From positions 67,258-131,257 of the forward strand of contig DLGD01000007.1 of NCBI GenBank assembly GCA_002482505.1: a DNA stretch of 64,000 nt. Direction: 5' to 3'. The notes beneath the pieces were generated by a model. It did no database searches. It saw nothing but the letters and a program-made list of their open reading frames with translations, and was not told the origin of the DNA. The translations under genes were made by a program, and so were the position numbers. Below are positions 1 through 9,614 of the stretch, piece after piece (the stretch's first letter is position 1; the number at the start of each line of letters is the position of its first letter). This stretch comes from Christensenella sp. UBA7703 (GTDB taxonomy: Bacteria > Bacillota > Clostridia > Christensenellales > CAG-138).

Positions 1-2
1 AG

Positions 3-137
3 TTCATCACGGAGCAATCCTGGAACACCGGCAGCGCGCTTTCGATCATTCTGCTCGTGTTTGTGCTCGTCTCCATGACGTTTATGAAGAAGGCCGAGCG
101 AAAAACCAGCGATGAAGGAGGCGGAAGGCTATGGTAA
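3..137 (+). CDS. potB: ABC transporter permease, C-terminal fragment (PotB-like; gene begins upstream of window)
   Basis: Frame is open from the window edge (FITEQSWNTGSALSIILLVFVLVSMTFMKKAERK...). It encodes a hydrophobic last TM helix. The stop overlaps the potC start (ATGGTAA), and the fragment lies upstream of potC-potD. Confidence 0.6.
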   Translation, partial: FITEQSWNTGSALSIILLVFVLVSMTFMKKAERKTSDEGGGRLW

Positions 138-940
138 ACCGCCTGAAGAAGTTTTTCTCCGGCACATACTTGGGGCTCATGCTCGTGTTTCTCTATGCGC
201 CGATTTTGATCCTGATCATCTTCTCGTTTAACCAGAGCAAGACCCTCGGCAACTGGACGGGATTCACCTTCGACTGGTACGCGCAGCTTTTCCGCACGCC
301 GGAGATCACGGATGCGCTGGCGGTGACGCTCTCCGTTGCAGCGATTTCGTCGATTGTCGCAACCGTGCTTGGCACCCTTGCCGCAATCGGCCTGCATGCG
401 ATGAAACGGCGCGACCGGATGCTGCTGGAGAATATCTCCCAGCTTCCGATGGTCAACCCCGATCTGGTCACCGGTATCTCGCTGATGCTGTTGTTCCTGT
501 TTGTGGGCTTAAGGGATGGATATACGCGTCTTTTGATCGCGCACATCACCTTCAACCTGCCCTATGTGATCTTCTCCGTCCTGCCAAAGCTCCGGCAGAG
601 TTCGGATATGCTCTATGAGGCGGCGCTGGATCTTGGCTGTACGCCCATGCAGGCGATTCAGAAGGTGGTCATCCCGGATATCATGCCCGGCATCGTCTCG
701 GGATTGATCATGGCATTCACGCTCTCGTTGGACGATTTCGTGATCAGCTTTTTTGCCGGAAACGGCGTGGATAACCTCTCGATGTATATCTACGCCTCCG
801 CGCGCCGCGGCGTGAACCCCGCGCTCTCGACGATCATCTTCGTGCCAGTAGTCACCCTGCTTCTCATCGTCAACCTCAAGAGCATTCGTGAGGAACGAAA
901 CGCGGAGCTGCAGAGTAAGAAAGTCGGCATGAAGCGCTAA
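131..940 (+). CDS. potC: spermidine/putrescine ABC transporter permease
   Basis: 269-aa polytopic membrane protein with a binding-protein-dependent transport permease signature. It is translationally coupled to the upstream permease and followed by a PotD-like binding protein. Confidence 0.85.
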   Translation: MVNRLKKFFSGTYLGLMLVFLYAPILILIIFSFNQSKTLGNWTGFTFDWYAQLFRTPEITDALAVTLSVAAISSIVATVLGTLAAIGLHAMKRRDRMLLENISQLPMVNPDLVTGISLMLLFLFVGLRDGYTRLLIAHITFNLPYVIFSVLPKLRQSSDMLYEAALDLGCTPMQAIQKVVIPDIMPGIVSGLIMAFTLSLDDFVISFFAGNGVDNLSMYIYASARRGVNPALSTIIFVPVVTLLLIVNLKSIREERNAELQSKKVGMKR

Positions 941-1012
941 CCGCTCTCCCCTTGCCGCACGGCGGCGGAAACAATAGAAATCTGTTACCCATTACACTAG
1001 GAGGAATCAAAC

Positions 1013-2059
1013 ATGAAAATCTGGAAGAAAATGATCTGCGCGGCGCTTGCCCTTGCGCTCTCGCTCTCGCTCTTTGCCTGCGGAGGCGGCAAGAGCAAAG
1101 TAACGCTGAACGTACTCAATTGGGGCGATTACATCGACCCCCAACTGCTGCGCCAGTTTGAAGACGAAACCGGCATCGCGGTCAAGTATACGACCATGAC
1201 CAGCAATGAAGAAATGCTCGTCAAGCTTGCTTCGGCGGACAACATCTACGACGTGTGCTTCCCTTCGGATTATCTGATCGAGAAACTCGTTGCGGACGAT
1301 CTGCTCTACCCGATCAACAAGGCGAATATCCCGAACCTGAGCAATATCGACTCCCGCTTTCTGAATCTCTCGTTTGACCCGAACAATACCTATAGCGTGC
1401 CGTATATGTGGGGCACGGTCGGTATTCTCTACAACAAGACGATGGTCAGCGATCCCGTCGATAGCTGGAACATCCTCTGGGACGAGAAATACGCGGGACA
1501 GATTTTGATGTATGACAGCATGCGCGATACCATCGGCATCACGCTCAAAAAACTCGGCTACGACATCAACACCCGCAACGAAGCGGATATCCTCGCCGCA
1601 CAGGAAGCGCTGATTGCGCAAAAACCGCTCGTGCGTGCATACCTCACCGATGATATCAAGATGGAGCTCATCAACGGCAGCGCGGCGATGGGCGTTGTGT
1701 ATTCCGGCGACGCGGTCTACTGCATCTCCGAAAATCCCGACCTCGCCTATGTCGTTCCGAAAGAGGGCAGCAATGTCTGGTTTGACAACATCATCATCCC
1801 GAAGACCTCCAAGCATACGACGGAAGCGGAGCAGTTCATCAACTTCCTCTGCGATGCAAAGGTTGCCGCGCAAAACTCGGACTATATCGGCTTCTCCACC
1901 CCAAACGCAGAAGCACTCAAGCTGATGGATCCGTCCTACGCGGCAGACCCGACCTACAATCCCCCGCAGGACGTACTGGATCGCTGCCAGATTTTCCAAG
2001 ACCTCGGCGATTTTGTCAAGGTGTTCTCGGATGCCTGGACCAAAGTAAAAGCCGCATAA
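1013..2059 (+). CDS. potD: spermidine/putrescine ABC transporter substrate-binding lipoprotein
   Basis: 348 aa with a lipobox (LSLFACGG). PotD/PotF-family sequence runs throughout (NVLNWGDYIDP..., YSVPYMWGT). An RBS aggagg lies upstream. Confidence 0.85.
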   Translation: MKIWKKMICAALALALSLSLFACGGGKSKVTLNVLNWGDYIDPQLLRQFEDETGIAVKYTTMTSNEEMLVKLASADNIYDVCFPSDYLIEKLVADDLLYPINKANIPNLSNIDSRFLNLSFDPNNTYSVPYMWGTVGILYNKTMVSDPVDSWNILWDEKYAGQILMYDSMRDTIGITLKKLGYDINTRNEADILAAQEALIAQKPLVRAYLTDDIKMELINGSAAMGVVYSGDAVYCISENPDLAYVVPKEGSNVWFDNIIIPKTSKHTTEAEQFINFLCDAKVAAQNSDYIGFSTPNAEALKLMDPSYAADPTYNPPQDVLDRCQIFQDLGDFVKVFSDAWTKVKAA

Positions 2060-2076
2060 GCAGTATAAGAAACACA

Positions 2077-2106
2077 AAGAGCGGATCATTGCGGTCCGCT
2101 CTTTTG
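2077..2106. terminator. bidirectional rho-independent terminator between convergent potD and the citrate-synthase-like gene
   Basis: Hairpin aagagcgga/tccgctctt (2077-2085 / 2095-2103), followed by a T-run on the plus strand and an A-run upstream. Confidence 0.7.
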
Positions 2107-2133
2107 TATCGTGCTTTTACATATTGATTGGGT

Positions 2134-3495
2134 TTAGTTTGCTTTGGCGATTTCGTCCATCGCGATGGCTTCGAGCTCTTCATTGCTCATCACCGTCGTA
2201 CGGCAGGCTTCATAGAGTGTGTCGATACGATCTTTGATCGCGGAGACGACCGGGTTGCGCTTGTCGATGTCCACGCCCATGTGGGTGTTCAGCCAGTATG
2301 CAATCCCCGCCGTGCCGCTGTGCGCGTCTACCATGACCTCCGCCGGACGGTTGAGAATCTTGCCAGTGTTGAAGATGCTGTAGATGCGCTCGTCTTTCAG
2401 CAGGCCGTCTGCGTGGATGCCCGCGCGGGTGCTGTTGAAGTTTTTGCCAACAAACGGCGTCATCGGCGGAATCTCGTAGCCGATGTCCTTTTCGAAATAA
2501 TCCGCAATCTCCGTGATGACTTCGAGGTTCATGCCGTCCGTGTCGCCGCGCAGCGAGCAATATTCCATGACCATGCCTTCCAGCGGGCAGTTCCCCGTGC
2601 GTTCCCCGATGCCGAGCAGCGAGCAATTCGCAGCGGAAGCGCCGTAAAGCCAGGCAGCAGCCGCGTTGGAGACGGCCTTGTAGAAGTCGTTATGACCATG
2701 CCATTCGAGCAGGGAGCTCGGCACGTTGCCATAGTGCCGCAGACCGTAGATGATACCTGGCACGCTGCGCGGAAGGCTCGCCCCCGGATACGCCACGCCG
2801 AGGCCAAGGGTATCGCAGCAGCGAATCTTGATCGGAATCCCCGCTTCTTCCGAAAGCCCGGCCAACGCGTGCGCAAAGGGCACAACAAAGCCGTAGAAAT
2901 CCGCGCGGGTGATGTCTTCAAAATGGCAACGCGGGACGATGCCGCGATCCAGCGCCATCTTGACCACGCCGAGGTACTTGTCCATCGCCTGTTTGCGGGT
3001 TAGGTTCATCTTGTGGAAGATGTGATAATCCGAACACGAGACAAGAATCCCCGTCTCGCGCACGCCAAGCTCCTTGACGAGGTTAAAGTCGCTCTCGGTC
3101 GCGCGAATCCAGGTTGTGATCTCCGGGAAACGATAACCACGATCGCGGCACATCTCCAGCGCCTGACGATCCTGCTGGCTGTAGACGAAAAACTCGCTCT
3201 GGCGAATCAGCCCGTTCGGGCCGCCGAGTTCGTGCATCATATCAAACAAGCGCAAGATCTGCTCCGCCGTAAACGGCGCGCGGGACTGCTGCCCGTCACG
3301 GAAGGTCGTATCGGTGATCCAGATATCCTTCGGCATGCGCATGGGCACAAGGCGCTGGTTGAACGCAATCTTCGGAATCTCGTCAAAGTTGAAGATTTCC
3401 GTGAACAGGTTCGCTTCCGGCACATCCTGCACATCATACTCATAATAGTTCTCGCGCAGTAAGTTCGTGTGATCATCAAAAACGATCTTGCTCAT
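2134..3495 (-). CDS. HMGL-like (isopropylmalate/homocitrate synthase family) enzyme, probable Re-citrate synthase
   Basis: 453 aa. Contains the ITDTTFRDGQQS motif of the DRE-TIM aldolase family and HGHNDF metal ligands. Length and N-terminal extension resemble clostridial Re-citrate synthase rather than LeuA. Confidence 0.7.
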   Translation of the reverse strand: MSKIVFDDHTNLLRENYYEYDVQDVPEANLFTEIFNFDEIPKIAFNQRLVPMRMPKDIWITDTTFRDGQQSRAPFTAEQILRLFDMMHELGGPNGLIRQSEFFVYSQQDRQALEMCRDRGYRFPEITTWIRATESDFNLVKELGVRETGILVSCSDYHIFHKMNLTRKQAMDKYLGVVKMALDRGIVPRCHFEDITRADFYGFVVPFAHALAGLSEEAGIPIKIRCCDTLGLGVAYPGASLPRSVPGIIYGLRHYGNVPSSLLEWHGHNDFYKAVSNAAAAWLYGASAANCSLLGIGERTGNCPLEGMVMEYCSLRGDTDGMNLEVITEIADYFEKDIGYEIPPMTPFVGKNFNSTRAGIHADGLLKDERIYSIFNTGKILNRPAEVMVDAHSGTAGIAYWLNTHMGVDIDKRNPVVSAIKDRIDTLYEACRTTVMSNEELEAIAMDEIAKAN

Positions 3496-3691
3496 TGTTC
3501 CCCTCCTTGCAGCATGCTTGCATGCTTGTATACAATAATTTATCGATTATTATATCAGCGGCACTTCATCGCGTCAAGGCAAAAAACCTCGTTTTTTCGC
3601 GATTTATGCGTCAATTTTGTATATACTTACAGATCGAATGATATATGATCCTGATTGTTTTGAAGGTTTCTGCTCTATCGGAACAGGTTTG

Positions 3692-3707
3692 TGTGACATT
3701 CGTCACA
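3692..3707. promoter_or_regulatory. perfect TGTGA-N6-TCACA palindrome (CRP/FNR- or Rex-type operator geometry)
   Basis: tgtgacattcgtcaca read directly from the sequence. It lies in the divergent intergenic region and is centred about 60 nt upstream of the predicted DUF1428 transcription start. Confidence 0.4.
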
Positions 3708-3725
3708 GTGAACGATTGACAGCTA

Positions 3726-3753
3726 TTGAATTCAAATTTTGAACTGATACAAT
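3726..3753 (+). promoter_or_regulatory. sigma-A type promoter with extended -10
   Basis: -35 TTGAAT (3726-3731), 16-nt spacer, then TGaTACAAT (3745-3753). The RBS aggagg and the ATG at 3788 follow. Confidence 0.45.
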
Positions 3754-3787
3754 GAAAATAGCTTCACAAACAGGAGGTGAATCAGTG

Positions 3788-4168
3788 ATGGCAAAATATG
3801 TGGACGGATTTGTGCTTGTCGTGCCAAACGACAAGACAGAAGAATATAAGAAAATGGCCGAACTCGGCCGTGATACATGGATGAAACATGGTGCACTTGA
3901 ATATTATGAGACGCGCGGAGACGACCTGGTCCCACAAGACATGGGCGGTGTGAGCGCGCGTTCATTTACGGAAATGGCCGGAGCAACCGCAGAAGATAAC
4001 GTTTGGTTTTCCTTTATCCTCTTTCAATCCAAAGAACACCGCGATGCGGTCAACGCCAAGGTTATGGAAGAAATGAATCAGCAGATGGCTGGGCAGGAAG
4101 GCATGCCGATGCCATTTGACATGAAAAAGATGGCATACGGCGGATTTCAGGTTGAGGTCGATGGCTAA
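3788..4168 (+). CDS. DUF1428 family protein
   Basis: MAKYVDGFVLVVPNDKTEEYKKMAE...MAYGGFQVEV matches the DUF1428 pattern. Start moved to the ATG preceded by aggaggtg; the ORF-track start 3752 has no RBS. Confidence 0.75.
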   Translation: MAKYVDGFVLVVPNDKTEEYKKMAELGRDTWMKHGALEYYETRGDDLVPQDMGGVSARSFTEMAGATAEDNVWFSFILFQSKEHRDAVNAKVMEEMNQQMAGQEGMPMPFDMKKMAYGGFQVEVDG

Positions 4169-4399
4169 AAAGTGAAATTGTGAATTGCGAACCGCTTTCA
4201 TCTTTGAGAGCGGTTTGCGTATCGTTCGATTTTTGATTCGTTCTTTTGATTTGCGCAAAATCTTATGTGGCATACTCCCAATGTTGTCCAGCAGGCAAAC
4301 GTTTTGTCGAGAATGCCGCCGCGCGTTGACACAGAAACGATTCGTTTTTATACTGTTGATATACGCTTCCCAACGATGGAATGCAAGGAGGGTGCCAGA

Positions 4400-5230
4400 A
4401 TGTCCGAGCAAACCCGTCCGAACGCAGATCATCTGCGCGACGAAGAACGTTCCTCTGCCGTGCGCGACGAAGCAGCGCGCAAAAGCCGGCGTACGCAGCC
4501 GGACGATGTTGAACGCTATGAACGCGAACCGCACGGCAGGTTTCGTTTTCATCATCTCAAGTGGATCTTTCGCGGCGTCGTACTCGTCGCGGTTCTGATT
4601 GCGGTGTTGTTTCTTCTGCCAAAGGTGAGGGATCTGCTGACGCCGGACATCAACATTGACATTCCGGACTCACTCAACAGCCTCCTGCCGGACGAGCAGA
4701 TGGGTTATAATAAATTTGATTTTTCCGACGCAATCCTCGGCGAATCGCGCACCAAAAGCGGTTTCGTCTTGCTGGAGCAGGATGTCACCGTCTCCACCCG
4801 CGTGTCGCAGGCACTCGCCAATCTCGCACTGTTCGAAAAATCGCAAATTATTCGTACCTTTGGTACGGGCGTATATACTGTCGATCTCTCCAAGCTCTCG
4901 ATTGATGACATTACATTTGACAGCAAATTAAATCTTGTGACGATCACGATTCCGCATGCTTCGCTCTCTTATGTCACTGTCGACGTGGAGAAAACGGAAT
5001 TTGAAGAGACCAAAAAAGCATTGTTTGCATTTGGCGAAATCAAGTTGACAAACGAACAGCTCAATCTTCTGGAGCAGAACATTCAAGACGCGATGAAAGA
5101 GCAGCTCAACAACTCGGATATGCTCGCAAAGGCGGACACGGCCGCACTCTCACAGGTGCAGAAGTTGTTTGAGCCAATCGTGAAAACCGTCGATTCCAAG
5201 ATTATCCTTGCAGCCGCATTTAGAAAATAA
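4400..5230 (+). CDS. membrane-anchored hypothetical protein (DUF4230-like)
   Basis: Start placed at the ATG after aaggagg. The protein has a basic N-terminus, one TM (VVLVAVLIAVLFLL) and a C-terminal beta-rich domain resembling DUF4230. The family call comes from memory only. Confidence 0.5.
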   Translation: MSEQTRPNADHLRDEERSSAVRDEAARKSRRTQPDDVERYEREPHGRFRFHHLKWIFRGVVLVAVLIAVLFLLPKVRDLLTPDINIDIPDSLNSLLPDEQMGYNKFDFSDAILGESRTKSGFVLLEQDVTVSTRVSQALANLALFEKSQIIRTFGTGVYTVDLSKLSIDDITFDSKLNLVTITIPHASLSYVTVDVEKTEFEETKKALFAFGEIKLTNEQLNLLEQNIQDAMKEQLNNSDMLAKADTAALSQVQKLFEPIVKTVDSKIILAAAFRK

Positions 5231-5245
5231 TAGATAGCAAACCAA

Positions 5246-5283
5246 TACAAAGCCGCCCGGCGTATAAGCCGGACGGCTTTGTA
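5246..5283. terminator. bidirectional terminator hairpin between convergent genes
   Basis: tacaaagccg...cggctttgta forms a 10-bp outer stem plus an inner ccggc/gccgg stem. Confidence 0.6.
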
Positions 5284-5309
5284 TTTGCTCAATTGCTTGT
5301 TGTCACAGG

Positions 5310-6434
5310 TTATTCTACGATCTTTTCAAAGCCATCTTCATCATGACCCTGCGCGCCTTCATCGGCTGCTGTTTCATGCGCTCGTTTCTTCCCGCGGGAA
5401 ATCTGTCTTGGCGCATGCTCTAAGGCCTGCTCATGTTCGCGCTCAACCTCCGCAACAGCCTCTGCCAGCACCTCTTCCTCGTCCTGCTCGCGTGTACGCG
5501 GCAATTTGCGCCGCCTGCGCTTTTGTTCCTGCTCCTGCTGTTCTTGCGCTTCCAGCGGCTCCTCGTGCTGTAACACCGCTTCGTCGAGTGAGAGCGTTTC
5601 GTCCTCTTCCGTGGCGGCAACAGGTTCAAGACGGAGCAGATAGGCAGCGACCCCACAGATCATGATGCACGCCAGCGCCGCACCAAAGGCGAGAATTGCG
5701 GCTGTTCGAACCGCAAACACTTCCGTCGTCGGGCGCGCTGCAATCAGCGTCACATCGCCCTGCGTGCGCCGCAGGCACAAGTTTCCGGATTCATAGAAAA
5801 ACCCGTCCGCGCCCGCTTCCGCCGGAAAGAGTACATCCCCGCCGTACGGCATGTCGCTCGTGACCGATTCCGCACCAGCGAGTGCAAGTGCGCTCTTCAC
5901 ATGCGCGTCGGACCGGGTCAAAAGAACAAATCCCTCAATGTCGGAACGACCAACACAAGCGTAGAGTACGTTTAAATCTGTCTTGTCTTGTTGGGTGAGC
6001 GTCGCCGTTGGATCGTCCGCCGCCGCCATCGTCCAGAGAAACGCTTCCTGCGTGCCGATTGCGGTGCCGATGCTCGCCGCATCTGAGGAAGCAATCAGCG
6101 TACCTTCGAGATTTGCGACATCGATGCGGTCAATCGAGAGCTGCTGGCAGAGCGCCGTCAAGGCATCGCTCGCCAGAAGGGTGTCGTCATGCGTCAGGAA
6201 TCGCGAAACAGCAACGGCTTTGCTCAGCAGGTTTTCTTCCTCAGCCGCAATCATCGGCTCAGCAAGGCGATCCTCCGCGTCAATACGTGCAAACGCGCGA
6301 TCCATCAGCAGCGTCAGCTCTGTCTTTGCGCGCGTCTCCATCTGGCGTGAAAACGGAATAAACGCGAGCGCAATTCCGATCAACAGCAGCCCCGCCAGTA
6401 TTGGCACCAGCCAACTTCGCAAAAACCGAACCAT
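5310..6434 (-). CDS. membrane protein with extracytoplasmic sensor-like domain and highly charged C-terminal tail
   Basis: 374 aa. Two TM helices flank a roughly 210-aa loop. The C-terminus is E/Q/R/K-rich (EAQEQQEQEQKRRRRK...). No output domain recognised. Confidence 0.5.
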   Translation of the reverse strand: MVRFLRSWLVPILAGLLLIGIALAFIPFSRQMETRAKTELTLLMDRAFARIDAEDRLAEPMIAAEEENLLSKAVAVSRFLTHDDTLLASDALTALCQQLSIDRIDVANLEGTLIASSDAASIGTAIGTQEAFLWTMAAADDPTATLTQQDKTDLNVLYACVGRSDIEGFVLLTRSDAHVKSALALAGAESVTSDMPYGGDVLFPAEAGADGFFYESGNLCLRRTQGDVTLIAARPTTEVFAVRTAAILAFGAALACIMICGVAAYLLRLEPVAATEEDETLSLDEAVLQHEEPLEAQEQQEQEQKRRRRKLPRTREQDEEEVLAEAVAEVEREHEQALEHAPRQISRGKKRAHETAADEGAQGHDEDGFEKIVE

Positions 6435-6536
6435 CGATCTATCCTGCCTTTCGCGTCTATTCCCGGTAGTAGTTTACTATTTTATCAAATTGTGCTGATG
6501 CATATCTTGGCAAAGTCTGTGCGAAATCATTCGCCG

Positions 6537-7244
6537 TTAGGTGGACGGAATAATCGCAAGCAAAAAGTTCGCCTTATAAAAGAACTCGCCGAAGAATGAT
6601 TCGCTTAGAAACTCATAAAGCTTTGGCAGCACGGTCAGCAAGACCGGTACCATTAGAAAGATCACAAACAGCATCAGAACGCCGTGAATCAGCCCAACGC
6701 CAGCGCCGATGATGCCATCCCCGCGCGAAAGCACCGGGAACCCGCCGCGCCCGAACTCCACGCCGCGAATCAGGAACCCGAACAGCAGCCGAAGAATGGT
6801 AAAAAGCAACAAGAGCGCAAGAATATTGATGACCACGCAAACGATGGTCTGGTTGAAATAGTCTCCCAACGTGGTCACGCCGCTGCTGCTAAACGCCTCA
6901 GACGCGATGTTTTTTATCACGCAGCGATCCATGGGAAGCGGCATATCCGCGTTCTGCAGCACCGCATGCAATTGTTCGGAAGAAATTGATGCAATTGGCG
7001 CACGCGTGAGCTCAACATCTGTAATTGCAACATATTCAGACCCTTCGGTATAGTACAGAAGCATCTGAAACAGATCCGCACTGCCTTTTACAATTCCTGA
7101 GATAAGTGGTATCAAAATCCTGCCGAAAAGGATTGCCACAGCGGTTGCGCAAACATTCAGCGCAGTGCTGACAAATCCGCGGTATAACCCACCGAGGATC
7201 GTGATCGCCAAGACCAATAGAATTGCTATGTCGATAAAGTTCAT
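6537..7244 (-). CDS. cvpA: CvpA family membrane protein
   Basis: MNFIDIAILLVLAITILGGLYRGF... is a typical CvpA N-terminus. The protein has multiple TM helices. Start set at the internal ATG (M11 of the ORF). Confidence 0.7.
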   Translation of the reverse strand: MNFIDIAILLVLAITILGGLYRGFVSTALNVCATAVAILFGRILIPLISGIVKGSADLFQMLLYYTEGSEYVAITDVELTRAPIASISSEQLHAVLQNADMPLPMDRCVIKNIASEAFSSSGVTTLGDYFNQTIVCVVINILALLLLFTILRLLFGFLIRGVEFGRGGFPVLSRGDGIIGAGVGLIHGVLMLFVIFLMVPVLLTVLPKLYEFLSESFFGEFFYKANFLLAIIPST

Positions 7245-7283
7245 GCGTTTGTCTTCCTCGTCTGGACAAGGCACGCGTGTGTG

Positions 7284-8447
7284 TTAATCCGCATTTGCAA
7301 GATAATACATGCCGTTGCTGGAGAGCAGCATCTTGTTGTCCGTTAGTTTTACGACAGCATCAACAGGTTGCTGGAATGTCGCCGTGGCAGAAAGTTTACC
7401 TTTGATGGTGTAGGTAAAGAGTTGCTCACGCGAAGCAACCGAGAGCCTGCTGCCCATAATAAACGCGCTGACGCCCTCCGCAGGCAGTTGCAGCGTGGTT
7501 TCAACCGGGGCCGGAGCGGCATCTTCCGCAAGAGTAAGAATGCGCACGGTATGGAAATCTCCTCCGCGCGTGGTCAAAAGGAAGGTTGGCGTTCCGGATG
7601 AATAGGAAAAATCCAGCACCTCATACCCGTAGATCATCGTGCGGTAGATCTCTTTGTTGCCGGCATGGATATAGCGGATGATCTGGTTGGTGCAAACGAC
7701 AAACATGCTGTTTGGCGTGATATAGATATCGTTGACGAGCTGGTTTTGCACGTGGATCATGCCCGTCACTTCCTGTTTGCTCAGATCATAGGTGACAATC
7801 GTCGTCATCGGCGTTCCGGTGCTGACGTTGAGCAATTCGATCCAGAGCATCTCGTTCGTTGTGGTGTAGAATCCGAAGTCTACAATGCACTGATCCGGGT
7901 AAGCGAGATCTTTAAGCTGCTCGCCGCCCTTGGTCATGACCAGAACGCTCTCCGCGCCATCCTCCGCCTGCCGCATGACCGCAAGGTGCTTGGTTCCGCA
8001 CTCTACTTCTTCCACAACGCCGGTGAACGTAAGCGGCGTTTTCTCGCCGACAACCTGCAGCTGCGATTGATTGAAAACAACGGTCATGGATTCGCTGCCA
8101 GACATGCGAATATTCGAAGCGCCCGTACCATAGGTATAGTTCTTCTTGCTGTCTGTCAGGTGGTAAAAGTGAATCTGACCGTCGGTCTGATACAAAAGTC
8201 CATCGCCAGTGTTGATATAGGTAGAAGTCGTGGAAATCGGCGTGATGTCCATCGAAACGGTCGCTTCTTGCTTGTTGAATATAAACTGAAAGATCACAAG
8301 TCCAATACCGAGCACGCCGAGCGTGATCACCGAGAAAATCAGCGTATTGTTTTTCTTTTTCTTTTTGCGGCGTGGTTGGCTGCCCGCGCTGTAATTCTGC
8401 GCATAAGGCCGCATACCGCCTTGTTGTGTTGCCATCTGTTTCTTCAT
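7284..8447 (-). CDS. membrane-anchored hypothetical protein (beta-rich ectodomain)
   Basis: 387 aa. Basic N-terminus (RRKKKKKN), one TM, then a long beta-strand-rich domain. No motif recognised. Confidence 0.5.
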   Translation of the reverse strand: MKKQMATQQGGMRPYAQNYSAGSQPRRKKKKKNNTLIFSVITLGVLGIGLVIFQFIFNKQEATVSMDITPISTTSTYINTGDGLLYQTDGQIHFYHLTDSKKNYTYGTGASNIRMSGSESMTVVFNQSQLQVVGEKTPLTFTGVVEEVECGTKHLAVMRQAEDGAESVLVMTKGGEQLKDLAYPDQCIVDFGFYTTTNEMLWIELLNVSTGTPMTTIVTYDLSKQEVTGMIHVQNQLVNDIYITPNSMFVVCTNQIIRYIHAGNKEIYRTMIYGYEVLDFSYSSGTPTFLLTTRGGDFHTVRILTLAEDAAPAPVETTLQLPAEGVSAFIMGSRLSVASREQLFTYTIKGKLSATATFQQPVDAVVKLTDNKMLLSSNGMYYLANAD

Positions 8448-8530
8448 TCCCCTATGCTTCGCTTTAGTCTATCAGCCCCCGCGGATGCTGTAAAGCAAAC
8501 TTTCTGTGTCCCGATGGGCTGAAAGACTGC

Positions 8531-9415
8531 TTACTGCGGAGCAATTACCCAGAGGGACTTTGGTAATATTTTGAAGGTGACAGGCGTTCCCGGAAGGATA
8601 TCGCCGTCCACATCCAGAAGCGACGCGGGTTCGCAAACCGCCGTCAGCTCCGTCGTTTGAAAATACGTTACATACTTCGTGCTCAGGTGTTCGCCCTTCA
8701 TAAACTTCGGCAGGATCGTATAGGCGCGAAATTTTGAGATGTTTGTAATCACGCAGATGTCCAGCAATCCATCGAACGGGTCGGCTTTGGGCGTTACCAT
8801 CATGCCGCCGCCAAAGTGCGTTCCGTTTCCCGCGGCGATAATCAAAACATCCGCTTCCATGGAGCCGCCCGGCCAGCTGATCTTTGTCTTGCGGGAGTTG
8901 AGGTGCAGCAGCGCCGTCAGCAGCCCGCGCAGATAAGCCAGCGATCCGTTCTTCATCCGTTTTTTATAGATTTCGACATAGCGCAGCACATCCACATCAA
9001 ACCCGAATCCCGCCACATTAAAATAGAGCAGGTCATTCGCCAGTGCGGCGTCCATCTGTCTTGCTTCGCTATTGAGCGCAATGTCCAGTGCGCTCAGCGG
9101 GTCTTTGGGGATCTTCAGCGGGCGGATAATATCGTTTCCCGTGCCGCAGGAGATGATGCCGAGGACGGTGTCTGTGTTCATCAGCGCGCTCGCTACTTCG
9201 CGAATGGTGCCGTCTCCGCCGAGCACGACGATCTTTTTTGCGCCGTTTTGAACCGCCTCTTTGGCGAGCTCTGTCGCGTGGCCGGCATATTCGCTCTTCT
9301 CTGCGGAAAACGGAATCCCGCGCTCTGCCAACGCATCCGTAACCAGTTGATATGCATCTTTTGCCGCGCCGTTGCCTGCAACGGGGTTCCAGATCAAATG
9401 CAGTTGAGCCACCAT
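8531..9415 (-). CDS. diacylglycerol/lipid kinase (YegS/BmrU family)
   Basis: MVAQLHLIWNPVAGNG..., the GGDGT motif (VVLGGDGTIREV) and the GTGND motif. Start set at M76 of the ORF (RBS gggggg); the upstream extension has no family similarity. Confidence 0.8.
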   Translation of the reverse strand: MVAQLHLIWNPVAGNGAAKDAYQLVTDALAERGIPFSAEKSEYAGHATELAKEAVQNGAKKIVVLGGDGTIREVASALMNTDTVLGIISCGTGNDIIRPLKIPKDPLSALDIALNSEARQMDAALANDLLYFNVAGFGFDVDVLRYVEIYKKRMKNGSLAYLRGLLTALLHLNSRKTKISWPGGSMEADVLIIAAGNGTHFGGGMMVTPKADPFDGLLDICVITNISKFRAYTILPKFMKGEHLSTKYVTYFQTTELTAVCEPASLLDVDGDILPGTPVTFKILPKSLWVIAPQ

Positions 9416-9614
9416 ACACAACCCCCCAAATATTCTTTTTTTAGATATGATCCCGTAAATGCCCACCGTCAGTATAAAGCATTCCGTGCCCTGTATCAAC
9501 CCCGCTTGATCCGGCATTGACGTTCCCTGAATCTTACTCTGTGCATCTGAACACAAAAAGAACAGCGATCCGGTAAAATTTCTCCGAATCGCTGTTTTGC
9601 GATTATCTTGTTTC

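Noticed and set aside
1007-2089. 360-aa ORF antisense to potD, and similar long antisense ORFs at 2128-3003, 7665-8522, 8816-9520, 12852-14285, 15207-16391, 57912-59135 and 59398-59928.
   Set aside because: Each is fully shadowed by a strongly recognisable gene on the other strand. They are Arg/Ala/His/Val-rich with no motifs, which is typical of spurious open frames in GC-rich DNA.
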